DNA of 64,000 nt, taken from positions 26,618 through 90,617 of the forward strand of contig JAZRLS010000062.1 in the NCBI GenBank assembly GCA_045646945.1, in the 5' to 3' direction. Position numbers and translations under genes: made by a program. This document shows, piece by piece, positions 44,009 through 53,754 of this stretch (position 1 is its first letter; each line of letters begins with the position of its first letter). The stretch is from Eubacteriales bacterium (lineage in GTDB: Bacteria; Bacillota; Clostridia; Oscillospirales; CAG-272). A model generated the notes under the pieces. That model did not search any database and was not told where the DNA came from. It saw only the letters and a program-made list of their open reading frames with translations.

Positions 44009-44221
44009 TTATTTTTTAAAATTTGCCTTAATGCTTCGCTTAGGTTTTTCTTCATAAAGGCACTTCGGCTCATAGCCAAGAGGGGGAATTTCCACCTCAG
44101 CTGTTCCCGCAGAGGTCGATCCACCTCGAAGTACAACGCTCGACTTGGTTTGAATTTCCAAAGAATTGTCATCCAACAAATCTCCAAAGCCTCGTCCAAG
44201 ACCCGACGGTTTTTTTGCCAT
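44009..44221 (-). CDS. 70-aa ORF carrying a ParB-N-terminus-like peptide
   Basis: MAKKPSGLGRGFGDLLDD. RBS GGAGGG 6 nt before the ATG. Wedged between parA and parB. Confidence 0.35.
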   Translation of the reverse strand: MAKKPSGLGRGFGDLLDDNSLEIQTKSSVVLRGGSTSAGTAEVEIPPLGYEPKCLYEEKPKRSIKANFKK

Positions 44222-44238
44222 AGCGTACCCTCCAGCAC

Positions 44239-45000
44239 TCAGATTCTGGTCGAAAGCTCTTTGGCTACGTCCAGATACTCCTTTGCACCCTTGGAGTTTT
44301 TGTCGTGATAATAGGCGGGTTTTCCAAAGCCGGGTGCCTCGGTCAGCTTTACGTTGCGCGAGATCTTCGTTTCAAACAGCTTGTCCGCATAATGCTTCTC
44401 AAGCTCCGAAATCACCTGCATCGAAAGTAACAAACGACCGTTATACATCGTAATCAGAATGCCGCTGACTGTCAGATCGGCGTTATACAGCTTTTTGATT
44501 CGGTTGATCGTAATCATCAACTGCGAAAGTCCTTCCAGAGCATAAAATTCGCACTGCATCGGAACAATGACTCCGTCGCTTGCGGCAAACGCGTTAATTG
44601 TCAGCATTCCCAGCGAAGGAGGGCAGTCGATCAAAATATAATCATACTCATCCTTTACCTCGGCAAGCGCTGTTTTCATTCGATACTCACTCTCATCAAA
44701 GTCAAAAAGGTCAAATTCCGCGCCTGCCAACGAAGTGTTGGTAGGAACCACCGAAAGATTTTGATACGGAGTCTCCAAAATAATCTCTTTTGCCGTTTTT
44801 TCTCCCGTCAAAAGCTCTTTGGTCGATAATTTGAGCCCTTTTTTCTGCACACCGACACCGCTGGTCGTGTTTCCCTGAGGGTCAAGGTCAATAATCAACA
44901 CCTTATATCCCAACAAACCAAGCGACGCCGCAATATTCACGCACGAGGTTGTCTTGCCGACACCGCCTTTTTGGTTTGCAAACGAAATGATTTTTCCCAT
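44239..45000 (-). CDS. parA: ParA/Soj partition ATPase
   Basis: Deviant Walker A NQKGGVGKTT. Start taken at ATG 45000 (MGKIISFANQ). Confidence 0.9.
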   Translation of the reverse strand: MGKIISFANQKGGVGKTTSCVNIAASLGLLGYKVLIIDLDPQGNTTSGVGVQKKGLKLSTKELLTGEKTAKEIILETPYQNLSVVPTNTSLAGAEFDLFDFDESEYRMKTALAEVKDEYDYILIDCPPSLGMLTINAFAASDGVIVPMQCEFYALEGLSQLMITINRIKKLYNADLTVSGILITMYNGRLLLSMQVISELEKHYADKLFETKISRNVKLTEAPGFGKPAYYHDKNSKGAKEYLDVAKELSTRI

Positions 45001-45137
45001 AAATTCGATCCTTTCTGTTTTTGTCCCACTTTCGTCCAACAAAAATTTCTAATCTTATTAAAAGTATACCACAAAACCTCTCGATTTGCAAGAGTTTCTT
45101 CTATATTTTCTATATTCTTCTGCAAAAAATCACAAAA

Positions 45138-45160
45138 ACGGCAGAGGACGACTCTGCCGT
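45138..45160 (-). terminator. Rho-independent terminator after the noc-like gene
   Basis: ACGGCAGAG/CTCTGCCGT stem followed by a T-run on the minus strand. Confidence 0.6.
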
Positions 45161-45161
45161 T

Positions 45162-45177
45162 TGTTTCACGTGAAACA
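45162..45177. promoter_or_regulatory. parS site
   Basis: TGTTTCACGTGAAACA, a perfect palindromic match to the Firmicute parS consensus TGTTNCACGTGAAACA. Confidence 0.85.
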
Positions 45178-45184
45178 TTGCTTT

Positions 45185-46048
45185 CTATCTCGAAAGCCGT
45201 ATGAGGATTTCAACCTCTTTTCCTTGGTTGTTCACCGCCACCGAAGCCATTTTTCCATTTTTATTCCAACGGTCCACCCGATGACGAATCACTCTTACTG
45301 TCTCCGCGAGCTCTTTTTCTTCTCGAAACTCATCCAAGAGCACCCCGACTTCTGTTTTGGACTTAGCTTTCGAAGAGATATCTTGCTTTCCTGCGAGCAT
45401 CCCCTCAATATAATCTTCTGATTCCTGCACGTTTAGCTTTTTCTCTGAAATATAGCGGATTGTCTCTAAGCGCTTTTTTGTGTTTTCTACTCGAAGCGTC
45501 GCTCGCGCATGTCTCTCGGTTAGTCCTGTTTCCAAAATCAATCGCTGTTCCTCGTAAGAAAGTCGTAGGAGTCGAAGCTTGTTTGCCACCGCAGATTGGC
45601 TCAAGGACATTCTTCTGGCCACTTCTTCTTGCGTTAAGTGGTGATTTTCGATCAATTTTCGAAACCCGTACGCCTGTTCGAACATATTCAGGTCTTCGCG
45701 CAACAAATTTTCGATAATTGCCAGTTCCGCCGAGGTTTGCTCTGTAACATCCATAATAATGCAGGGAACGGTCAAATACCCTAGCATTTTTGCCGCACGA
45801 AGTCGTCGTTCACCTGCAATCAATTCATAGCGATAAATATCCTCGGGATCCGATGGCCGCACACTCAGCGGTTGGAGAATGCCGTAACGACGAATGGAAT
45901 CTGCCAAGCGAATAATCGCATTTTGCTCAAAATCTGCTCTCGGTTGCGATCGATTTGGACGGATATCGTCGGTTTTGATCTGCACTACCTGCACCCCCAT
46001 GCCCTCTTCACTTGCTTTTGCTTTTTTTAGGTACTTTAGCTCGGTCAT
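45185..46048 (-). CDS. ParB/Noc-family protein (nucleoid-occlusion-like paralogue)
   Basis: ParB box (ILQPLSVRP, LIAGERRLRAA), HTH. Position between rsmG and parA is as for noc. Confidence 0.8.
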   Translation of the reverse strand: MTELKYLKKAKASEEGMGVQVVQIKTDDIRPNRSQPRADFEQNAIIRLADSIRRYGILQPLSVRPSDPEDIYRYELIAGERRLRAAKMLGYLTVPCIIMDVTEQTSAELAIIENLLREDLNMFEQAYGFRKLIENHHLTQEEVARRMSLSQSAVANKLRLLRLSYEEQRLILETGLTERHARATLRVENTKKRLETIRYISEKKLNVQESEDYIEGMLAGKQDISSKAKSKTEVGVLLDEFREEKELAETVRVIRHRVDRWNKNGKMASVAVNNQGKEVEILIRLSR

Positions 46049-46065
46049 TTTCTTTCTCCTTTCTT

Positions 46066-46081
46066 TGTTCCACGTGAAACA
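46066..46081. promoter_or_regulatory. parS site
   Basis: TGTTCCACGTGAAACA, separated by 17 nt from the noc-like start codon. Confidence 0.8.
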
Positions 46082-46219
46082 TCACCCTTATTATAACAAG
46101 TGGGAAATAAAAAACCGCTCGAAATCGGTTTGTCTGATTGCGTCGGGAGAAGTAAGGGAAATAGAAAAACCGACCAAACAACAATGTTTCGGTCGGTTTT
46201 TGAACAAAAGGGGATAAAA

Positions 46220-46948
46220 TTATAGGGGATTTTTGGAGATTTTAGAGAAATGTCTTGGATACTTTTGGGGTGTATTTTTGATTTTTTGAATCAAAACAAG
46301 CGTTCTTTGTTCCGAAGTTTTGCCATCTGACGTCAAATGATTTACTGTCGTTTGCTTAATCTCAGCTCCGCAAAGAGCGATGCACGAATTAGCGGCCGCA
46401 ATTTCTCCCTCTGCTTGTTGCGATTTCATAGCCAACATCACCCCACCAACACGAACAAACCCCAAACAAAGTTCGGAAAGCATCGGAAGTGCCGCTACTG
46501 CGCGGGCGGTTGCTACGTCAAAGCGTTCGCGATATTCGTTTTTTTGCGCATATTCTTCCGCACGCCCTGCTATTGCTGTTACCCCCGAAAGAGAAAGCAT
46601 TTTTACCGTTTCTTCTACATAGCGAATCCTTTTTGCCGTTCCGTCGAGCGCGGTGATCTGAAGATCGGGACGAAAAATCGCAAGCGGAAGCGTCGGAAAA
46701 CCTGCGCCACACCCCACGTCAATCACGCGGGCGTTTGGCGGAATTTCTTTTGAAATTGCCACGGAATCCACATAATGCCGCAAAATAATGGTTTTTTCGT
46801 CGGTAATTGCTGTCAAATTCATCGTTTGGTTGACTTCGAGCATGCGAACCGTAAGATCATATAACAAATTTGCTTGCTTTTCTGTGCACTCTAAAGAATT
46901 CAAAGCAAACATTCTTTGGGATTCCGTAACAAAACGTGTGCGCTCCAT
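46220..46948 (-). CDS. rsmG: 16S rRNA (guanine527-N7)-methyltransferase
   Basis: SAM-binding DVGCGAGFP. Size and position downstream of mnmG fit RsmG. Confidence 0.9.
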   Translation of the reverse strand: MERTRFVTESQRMFALNSLECTEKQANLLYDLTVRMLEVNQTMNLTAITDEKTIILRHYVDSVAISKEIPPNARVIDVGCGAGFPTLPLAIFRPDLQITALDGTAKRIRYVEETVKMLSLSGVTAIAGRAEEYAQKNEYRERFDVATARAVAALPMLSELCLGFVRVGGVMLAMKSQQAEGEIAAANSCIALCGAEIKQTTVNHLTSDGKTSEQRTLVLIQKIKNTPQKYPRHFSKISKNPL

Positions 46949-46965
46949 ATTCCATCCTTTCTGCT

Positions 46966-46981
46966 TGTTTCACGTGAAACA
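46966..46981. promoter_or_regulatory. parS site
   Basis: TGTTTCACGTGAAACA, separated by 17 nt from the rsmG start codon and abutting the mnmG stop. Confidence 0.85.
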
Positions 46982-48844
46982 TTATCTTAATCCGAGATAA
47001 ATCAATAATACCGAAATATCTGCAGGATTGACACCGCTGATACGCGACGCTTGTCCGACTGTGGCGGGACGAACTTTAGAAAGCTTTTGCGCCGCCTCCA
47101 ACCGCAATCCGCGAATCGCGGAATAGTCCAAATCCTCGGGCAAACGACGAGATTCCAGCCGTTCGTGCCTCTGCACCTCACTGATCTGCCGCTTGATATA
47201 TCCCTCGTATTTGACCGCGACCTCCACTGTGAGCATCACGCGGCAGGGCAATGTCGGACGTTTTTCGTCAATTTCTGCCAACATTTCATAGGTAAGATCA
47301 GGCCTGCGAAGAAGATCTGCCAAAGAAACCCCGCTTCCTACGGGAGAAAAACCGTATTTCTCCAAAAATGGGTTGCATTTTTCGGGAGAATGGTGCGTAC
47401 TCCTCAATCGAGCGATTTCTTCCTGTACCAGCGTCTGTTTTTCCAAAAATGCCGCATAGCGTTCTTCGGAAATCAACCCCGCTTCATATCCTTTCGGCGT
47501 CAGTCTGGCATCTGCGTTGTCCTGACGAAGCAACAATCGATATTCCGATCGCGACGTCATCATACGGTATGGCTCATTTGTTCCCTTGGTGACAAGATCG
47601 TCGATCAGAGTTCCAATATAACTCTCACTTCTCGCCAAAATCAGAGGATCCTTGCCGCGAAGCTTCAAAGAGGCGTTCAATCCCGCAATCAAACCCTGCG
47701 CCGCCGCCTCTTCATAACCTGAAGTTCCGTTAAATTGGCCTGCGCCATAGAGTCCCTCCACCGATTTGCACTCTAAGGTCGCAAAAAGTTGGGTGGGATC
47801 AATACAATCGTACTCAATGGCATAGGCATAGCGCATAATTTCGGCATTTTCAAAGCCTTTCAGCGAATGAAGCATGTCCCGCTGTACGTCGACTGGCAAA
47901 GAGGTCGAAAATCCTTGAATATACATTTCCTGCGTATCTGCGCCCACCGGCTCTACAAAAAGTTGATGACGCTCTTTATCGGCAAATCGAACCAGCTTAT
48001 CCTCAATCGAAGGACAATAACGCGGTCCGGTGCCGTGAATTTGCCCTGAATACATCGCAGAACGAGTAATATTGTCGCGAATCACGCGGTGCGTCTGGGC
48101 ATTGGTGTAAACAACGTGACACGGAATCTGCTCAAGACCGTCAAAAAAGCTTTCATCGGTCAATACCGAATATGGTATAATCTTTTCTTCACCATCCTGA
48201 CGCTCTAATTCCGAAAAATCAATCGAACGGCGATTGACACGCGCAGGCGTACCAGTCTTAAAGCGCATCAGCTTGAGCCCCAAATGCTCCAAAGAAGCAG
48301 AAAGTCCCCGCGCTGCCAAAAATCCGTCAGGACCGCTCTCGTAATTGACGTCTCCGATAAAAATACGGCTGTCAAGATAGGTGCCCGTGCAAAGAATCGC
48401 GCACTCACAGGACCATACCTCTCCAAGATGCGTCGTTACCGAGCACACCTTGCCGTTTTCCACGCCGATGTCCACAATTTCCGCTTGTATCAAACGAAGA
48501 TTGGGCGTATTTTCGAGAACTTCTTTCATTAATTTATGATAAAGCTTGCGGTCAGCTTGAATTCGCTTGGAATGTACCGCCGCGCCCTTGCCTAGGTTGA
48601 GCGTTCTCGACTGAAGCGTCACAAGATCCGCCACACGTCCCATCTCGCCGCCCAGCGCATCGATCTCAAACACAAGATGCCCCTTGCCCGTACCTCCGAT
48701 GGAGGGATTGCAGGGCATGTTGGCAATTGATTCGAGTGACATCGTAAAAAGAACGGTATCTTGTCCCGTTCTAGCGGCAGCAAGTGCCGCTTCAATTCCC
48801 GCGTGTCCCGCACCAACCACCGCAATTTTGGTAACTTCCGACAT
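46982..48844 (-). CDS. mnmG: tRNA uridine 5-carboxymethylaminomethyl modification enzyme
   Basis: FAD fold VVGAGHAGIEAALAAAR and GidA family blocks throughout. Start taken at ATG 48844 (MSEVTK). Confidence 0.95.
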   Translation of the reverse strand: MSEVTKIAVVGAGHAGIEAALAAARTGQDTVLFTMSLESIANMPCNPSIGGTGKGHLVFEIDALGGEMGRVADLVTLQSRTLNLGKGAAVHSKRIQADRKLYHKLMKEVLENTPNLRLIQAEIVDIGVENGKVCSVTTHLGEVWSCECAILCTGTYLDSRIFIGDVNYESGPDGFLAARGLSASLEHLGLKLMRFKTGTPARVNRRSIDFSELERQDGEEKIIPYSVLTDESFFDGLEQIPCHVVYTNAQTHRVIRDNITRSAMYSGQIHGTGPRYCPSIEDKLVRFADKERHQLFVEPVGADTQEMYIQGFSTSLPVDVQRDMLHSLKGFENAEIMRYAYAIEYDCIDPTQLFATLECKSVEGLYGAGQFNGTSGYEEAAAQGLIAGLNASLKLRGKDPLILARSESYIGTLIDDLVTKGTNEPYRMMTSRSEYRLLLRQDNADARLTPKGYEAGLISEERYAAFLEKQTLVQEEIARLRSTHHSPEKCNPFLEKYGFSPVGSGVSLADLLRRPDLTYEMLAEIDEKRPTLPCRVMLTVEVAVKYEGYIKRQISEVQRHERLESRRLPEDLDYSAIRGLRLEAAQKLSKVRPATVGQASRISGVNPADISVLLIYLGLR

Positions 48845-48986
48845 AAAATTCGCCTTTCCCATCAAAAATCAAGCAAAATTATGAACAAATAGTGAACATT
48901 TGCTCTATTTTGCATATAAAATTCAACATTACTATTATAGCAAAAAAAAGATCATTTTGCAAGACCTAATTCAAAAAGCGCAAAAA

Positions 48987-49009
48987 AGAACCGCAGTATC
49001 TGCGGTTCT
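48987..49009 (-). terminator. Rho-independent terminator after the liv operon
   Basis: AGAACCGCAG-tat-CTGCGGTTCT stem with flanking A/T runs. Confidence 0.65.
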
Positions 49010-49016
49010 TTTTTGT

Positions 49017-49733
49017 TTATTCTCCAAGATACGCTTTTTTGATACGGTCGTCGTTGATCAGCTCAGCAGCGTTGCCTTCCATCGTAACCGAACCCGTCTC
49101 AAGAACGTAAACGCGGTCAGAGATTGTCAGTGCTTTTTTTGCATTCTGTTCCACAAGAAGTACCGTCTTTCCCGCCTCACGGAAGGATTCGATGATTTCG
49201 AACACCTCGGAAACAAGCAGGGGAGAGAGCCCCATCGAGGGCTCGTCCATAACAATCAACTCGGGATTCGAAAGCAGTGCGCGTCCCATCGCAAGCATCT
49301 GTTGCTCACCGCCCGAAAGCGTGCCCGCAAGCTGTTTGCGGCGCTCCTCCAAACGGGGAAACTGCTTGAATACGAGTGCCATATTCTGCTCAATCTCATC
49401 CTTGTCCCTACGGGAATAGGAACCGAGCAGTAGATTGTCGTAAACCGACAGACCTTGGAAGATACGGCGTCCTTCGGGAACGTGAACCATTCCCATCGAA
49501 ACAATTTTATGCGCGGGAATATGTGTCAGATCGGTTCCTTTATAAGAAATCGAGCCTTGCTTTGCGCGAATTAATCCCGTAATGGTATGCAGCGTGGTAG
49601 TTTTACCCGCACCGTTCGCACCGATCAGAGAAACGATCTCACCGCGCTTGACCTCAAAGGAGATGCCCTTCAAGGCTTGGATCATACCGTAATATACGTG
49701 TAGATTTTCTACCTTTAACAACGTTTCAGACAT
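49017..49733 (-). CDS. livF: Branched-chain amino acid ABC transporter ATP-binding protein
   Basis: GANGAGKTT, LSGGEQQMLAMGRAL. ATG 49733 with RBS AAAGGAGAG. Confidence 0.85.
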   Translation of the reverse strand: MSETLLKVENLHVYYGMIQALKGISFEVKRGEIVSLIGANGAGKTTTLHTITGLIRAKQGSISYKGTDLTHIPAHKIVSMGMVHVPEGRRIFQGLSVYDNLLLGSYSRRDKDEIEQNMALVFKQFPRLEERRKQLAGTLSGGEQQMLAMGRALLSNPELIVMDEPSMGLSPLLVSEVFEIIESFREAGKTVLLVEQNAKKALTISDRVYVLETGSVTMEGNAAELINDDRIKKAYLGE

Positions 49734-49746
49734 ATGCTCTCCTTTC

Positions 49747-50556
49747 TTATTCGCCGAGGTATGCCTTGACGACCGCAGGATCGGAAAGCACCGTGGCGGT
49801 GTCACCCTTAGCAAGCTCTGTACCAAAGCTCAATACCGTCAGCTTTTCACAAATACCACTCACCAAGCGCATATCGTGTTCAATGAGCAGAATGGTCATA
49901 CCAAACTTTTCGCGAACGAAAGAGATGTCATCCATGAGCTCCTGCGTTTCATTCGGGTTCATACCCGCCGCAGGCTCATCCAAAAGCAAAAGCTTCGGAT
50001 TCGTTGCCATCGCACGTGCAATTTCAAGTCTTCTCTGCTTACCGTAGGGAAGGTTTGCGGCAAGGTAATCCTTGTATTCATCAAGCTTAAACAGCTTCAG
50101 GAGCTCAAGGGCGCGCTCATAATATTCCTTTTCACTCTTTCTGTGACGGGGCAAACGAAGCACCGACTCCACAAGAGAGCAGGGGATCTGGTTGGCAAGA
50201 CCAACCATAACGTTTTCAATAACAGTCAGATTGTTGAACAAACGAATATTCTGGAAGGTACGCGCAATTCCCGCACGGTTGACATCAGCAGGCGCTTTGC
50301 CCGTCAGATCCTTTCCGCAAAGATAAACGCGTCCCGAGGTCGGCTTGTAAACGCCGGTCAAGAGATTAAATACCGTTGTTTTACCTGCACCGTTTGGTCC
50401 GATTAATCCGTAAAGCTCGCCTTCCTTGATCTCAAGGTTGACGTCATCTACCGCCTTCAAACCGCCGAACTGAATGCAAAGATGGTCGGTTTTCAGAACG
50501 ATTTGACGACCGTCTTCTGCGATAAACTTCTGATTGGAGGTACTCGTCTTTGCCAT
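49747..50556 (-). CDS. livG: Branched-chain amino acid ABC transporter ATP-binding protein
   Basis: GPNGAGKTT, LPYGKQRRLEIARAM, LivG-type insertion. ATG 50556 preferred (RBS GGAGGAGG). Confidence 0.85.
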   Translation of the reverse strand: MAKTSTSNQKFIAEDGRQIVLKTDHLCIQFGGLKAVDDVNLEIKEGELYGLIGPNGAGKTTVFNLLTGVYKPTSGRVYLCGKDLTGKAPADVNRAGIARTFQNIRLFNNLTVIENVMVGLANQIPCSLVESVLRLPRHRKSEKEYYERALELLKLFKLDEYKDYLAANLPYGKQRRLEIARAMATNPKLLLLDEPAAGMNPNETQELMDDISFVREKFGMTILLIEHDMRLVSGICEKLTVLSFGTELAKGDTATVLSDPAVVKAYLGE

Positions 50557-50558
50557 CG

Positions 50559-51608
50559 TCAAGCCTCCTCCTTTCCTTGCTCCACCGCGGGAGCGTTCTT
50601 TTTCTTTTTGCCCTGTAATTTCGTCCAGAGAACTCTGAAATTATACTTTTCGCGGAAGGTCTTGAGTCCGGGAGCATTGGTGTAAATCACAATGACAATC
50701 AGAACCAGCGCATAAATCAGATTCTGCAATACCGCCATCGGACCTGTCAGGGTTGTCTGAAGCTTTACGTTCAGGAAGGTTACCAGCGTTGCGGCAATCA
50801 ACGATCCGTTGATGTTACCCATACCGCCGAGAACGACCATAACGAGAATCTCGATCGAGTAGTTGTAGTCAAATACGTCATACTGAATGGTGTTACTGCT
50901 GTAGCTGAGCAAAACGCCCGCCACGCCCGCAAAGAAGGAGGAAGCAATAAAGACAAGAAGCTTGTACTTTGTCACGTCGATACCGGAAGAACGGGCAGCA
51001 ATTTCATTATCGCGAATCGAAAGAATCGCACGACCGTGCTTGCTTCGAATTAAGTTCTGTGTGAAAACCAAGCAGAGAAGCACCATCAGAAGCGCAACGA
51101 TAAAGAAGGTTTTTCTATCAAAGCGAGGCGTAGTCAAACCGGTAGCACCGCCGAACCACGACACGGGCATTTTCATAATAACAATACGAACAATCTCACC
51201 GAACGCAAGCGTTACGATTGCCAGATAGTCGCCTCTCAGACGAAGCGCGGGAAGTCCGACGAGGAAGCCGAACAGAGCCGCAACAAGACCGCCTACCAAC
51301 AGAGAAATCAAAAGAGCAGGGATACTGCTGTCCGATCCGCCAAAGGCAGGGACAAGTAACGTCGAAACCTTACCTCCTACGTACGCGCCGATACACATAA
51401 AGCCTGCGTGTCCCAGAGAAAGCTCTCCGAGGAAACCGACGACCATACCGAGAGATACCGCCAATAGTGCGGCAATCGCAATCTTTTCCAAAAGAAATTG
51501 ATTCGACATCGTCAGTGAGCCTGTGAAGGTCATGATCGTAAAGATCAGCGTTAAAGCAATGACAATCAGGCAACTGAGATTTTTTTTCAAAAAGGAGAAT
51601 TTCTTCAT
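50559..51608 (-). CDS. livM: Branched-chain amino acid ABC transporter permease
   Basis: Polytopic permease in LivM position. Lys-rich C-terminal tail. Confidence 0.8.
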   Translation of the reverse strand: MKKFSFLKKNLSCLIVIALTLIFTIMTFTGSLTMSNQFLLEKIAIAALLAVSLGMVVGFLGELSLGHAGFMCIGAYVGGKVSTLLVPAFGGSDSSIPALLISLLVGGLVAALFGFLVGLPALRLRGDYLAIVTLAFGEIVRIVIMKMPVSWFGGATGLTTPRFDRKTFFIVALLMVLLCLVFTQNLIRSKHGRAILSIRDNEIAARSSGIDVTKYKLLVFIASSFFAGVAGVLLSYSSNTIQYDVFDYNYSIEILVMVVLGGMGNINGSLIAATLVTFLNVKLQTTLTGPMAVLQNLIYALVLIVIVIYTNAPGLKTFREKYNFRVLWTKLQGKKKKNAPAVEQGKEEA

Positions 51609-51610
51609 TA

Positions 51611-52483
51611 TTATACTTTCTCCCTTCTTGCTTTCCCCAAAAGTCCCGCAGGCTTCACAAGCAGGATGAGGATCAGCACACCAAATTCAATAGCAATCGC
51701 ATATGCGCCAAGGCCGACACTGTTACAAACCGATTCAATAATACCCAGCAAAAATCCGCCGAGCATCGCACCGGGAAGAGAGCCGATACCGCCAATGACA
51801 GCGGCAGTAAACGCCATAATACCCGGCATCGAGCCAAAGGTAGGAACGATGGTGTAACCTTTTGCCATCATTAAGTAACACGCAACAGCGGCGAGTGCCG
51901 AGCCAATCGCAAAGGTGATAGCAATAATCTTATTGACGTTGATTCCCATCAGGACGGCCGCGCCCTTATCCTCCGATACGGCAACCATTGCTCGTCCGGT
52001 TCTGGAATACTTGACAAAAAGCGTCAAACCAAGCATTACCACAATTGTCACTGCCAAAGTCAGAAGAGTACTGTAATCCACCGTCAGAGAACCAAGCTTC
52101 AAAAAGCCGGAAATCTTCAATGCTGTCAGCATTTTGGGGTTAGTTTGGAAAATAATTTGCGCGATACTTTGCAAGAGATAGCTGACGCCAATCGCAGTAA
52201 TCAGCACGGCCAACGGCGATGCGCCGCGCAAGGGTTTATAGGCAAATCGCTCGACACAAATTCCGAGAATCACCGAGAAGAGGACGGCGACCGCCAAAGC
52301 GAGTATGGGTTGATTCAAAAAGAGCAGGGTTACGTACATTGCGTATCCACTCATCATAATGATATCGCCATGGGCAAAATTCAGCATTTTGGCAATTCCG
52401 TACACCATCGTATAGCCGAGTGCGATAATTGCATAAATGCCGCCCGAGCTCAACCCGTTAATAAATCCAGAAATGAATTCCAT
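51611..52483 (-). CDS. livH: Branched-chain amino acid ABC transporter permease
   Basis: Polytopic permease in LivH position (YAIIALGYTMVYG). Confidence 0.8.
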   Translation of the reverse strand: MEFISGFINGLSSGGIYAIIALGYTMVYGIAKMLNFAHGDIIMMSGYAMYVTLLFLNQPILALAVAVLFSVILGICVERFAYKPLRGASPLAVLITAIGVSYLLQSIAQIIFQTNPKMLTALKISGFLKLGSLTVDYSTLLTLAVTIVVMLGLTLFVKYSRTGRAMVAVSEDKGAAVLMGINVNKIIAITFAIGSALAAVACYLMMAKGYTIVPTFGSMPGIMAFTAAVIGGIGSLPGAMLGGFLLGIIESVCNSVGLGAYAIAIEFGVLILILLVKPAGLLGKARREKV

Positions 52484-52572
52484 ACGATATCCTTTACGTT
52501 AGAACAAGTTTGCCGGCGAGGAGTGCCCGCCGGCAAACAGAATTTTCATCAAAGTCCCAGTTCCGGGGAAAC

Positions 52573-53754
52573 TTAAGCGTTATGCTCCTTGATTACGTAA
52601 GCAATAGCCTTCTTCTCAACGAAGCCGTCCTTATCCCAAGAAATGTTGTCACCGGTAGCACCCGAGAAGTCAAAGCCTTCCTCGAACTGCTTGGTGAGAA
52701 TCTCGCAAAGATCAGCAGCAGCGATCTTGGAATCGATCTCAGCACCGCCGTCGATTGCGTTGTTGATGGCAGCTGCCAGAGCATAGATGCAGTCGTAAGC
52801 CGATGCACCGAACTGGTTCAGAGGACCGTCGGGATATGCTTCGGTGTACTTCTTGATATAGTCAGCAGCCTTGCCCTCGGTTGCCTTCGAGTTGAAGTGA
52901 GAGAGCATAGTAACCTTCTGGGGGATCTTAGTGATATCGAAGCCCTCAACCGAGGTATCGATACCATCAAAGCCGTCGCAGCCGTAGTAAACAGCGTCGT
53001 CAGCGATCTTACCGTTTGCTGCAGTCATGAAAGCAGCAGCGGGCGTGTAGTAGATGGGCATAAAGATGAAGTCGCAATCCTGAAGCGCAGTTACCTGAGT
53101 ATCAAAGTTTACGGTCTCATCTGCGCCGGTGAAGGTAGCAACCGTGGGAGTATCGATGCTCTCGTCCAAAGAAGCCTTGAACTGGTTGTAGATACCCTCA
53201 GAGTAGGGGTCGCCGGTCTTGTAGAGAATACCGAGCTTACCGAGCTTGCCGTCCTTTGCGAGTCCGTTTACGTACTCAGCGGCAACCTTACCCTGGTTGT
53301 CATCAGCGAAGCACATCTGGTATGCGTGGTCGCCTTCCTCAACAACCTTGTTTGCGGAAGCGGAGGGCGTCAGGAAGAATACGTCGTTGTCGTTGGACAG
53401 CTTAACGAATTCCAAGCAGGGGTTCGACGTAACACAGCCGAGAGCAACCTGCATGCCTGCCTCATCCATTGCTGCGTAGTTGGTAGCAACCTTGGTGGGG
53501 TCGTGAGCATCGTCCATTGCGACGAGCTTGAACTGCAGATCATTCTTCAGAAGGCCTGCTTCATTGATTTCATTTACTGCCATCTTTGCAGAGTTTTCTA
53601 CTGCCTGACCGTAGGTTGCAGCAGCACCGGTGGTGGGACCGGACAAGCCGATCACGATCACATTGTCATCTTTGTTGCCACAGCCTACGAAAATACCGCA
53701 AGCCATCGCAAGACAAAGACAGACTGCTAAGAGTCTAAAAATTGTCTTTTTCAT
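52573..53754 (-). CDS. Amino-acid ABC transporter substrate-binding lipoprotein (LivJ/K type)
   Basis: Lipobox IFVGCGNKDD. Type-I periplasmic-binding-fold pattern. Confidence 0.8.
   Translation of the reverse strand: MKKTIFRLLAVCLCLAMACGIFVGCGNKDDNVIVIGLSGPTTGAAATYGQAVENSAKMAVNEINEAGLLKNDLQFKLVAMDDAHDPTKVATNYAAMDEAGMQVALGCVTSNPCLEFVKLSNDNDVFFLTPSASANKVVEEGDHAYQMCFADDNQGKVAAEYVNGLAKDGKLGKLGILYKTGDPYSEGIYNQFKASLDESIDTPTVATFTGADETVNFDTQVTALQDCDFIFMPIYYTPAAAFMTAANGKIADDAVYYGCDGFDGIDTSVEGFDITKIPQKVTMLSHFNSKATEGKAADYIKKYTEAYPDGPLNQFGASAYDCIYALAAAINNAIDGGAEIDSKIAAADLCEILTKQFEEGFDFSGATGDNISWDKDGFVEKKAIAYVIKEHNA

Noticed and set aside
43085-44221. Reading the 70-aa ORF and parB as one interrupted (pseudogenised) or read-through ParB
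   Set aside because: The two are in the same frame, but two in-frame stops (TAA at 44011-44009, then TAG) separate them. parB has its own ATG and a complete N-terminal GLGR peptide. The 70-aa ORF's C-terminal part has no ParB similarity.
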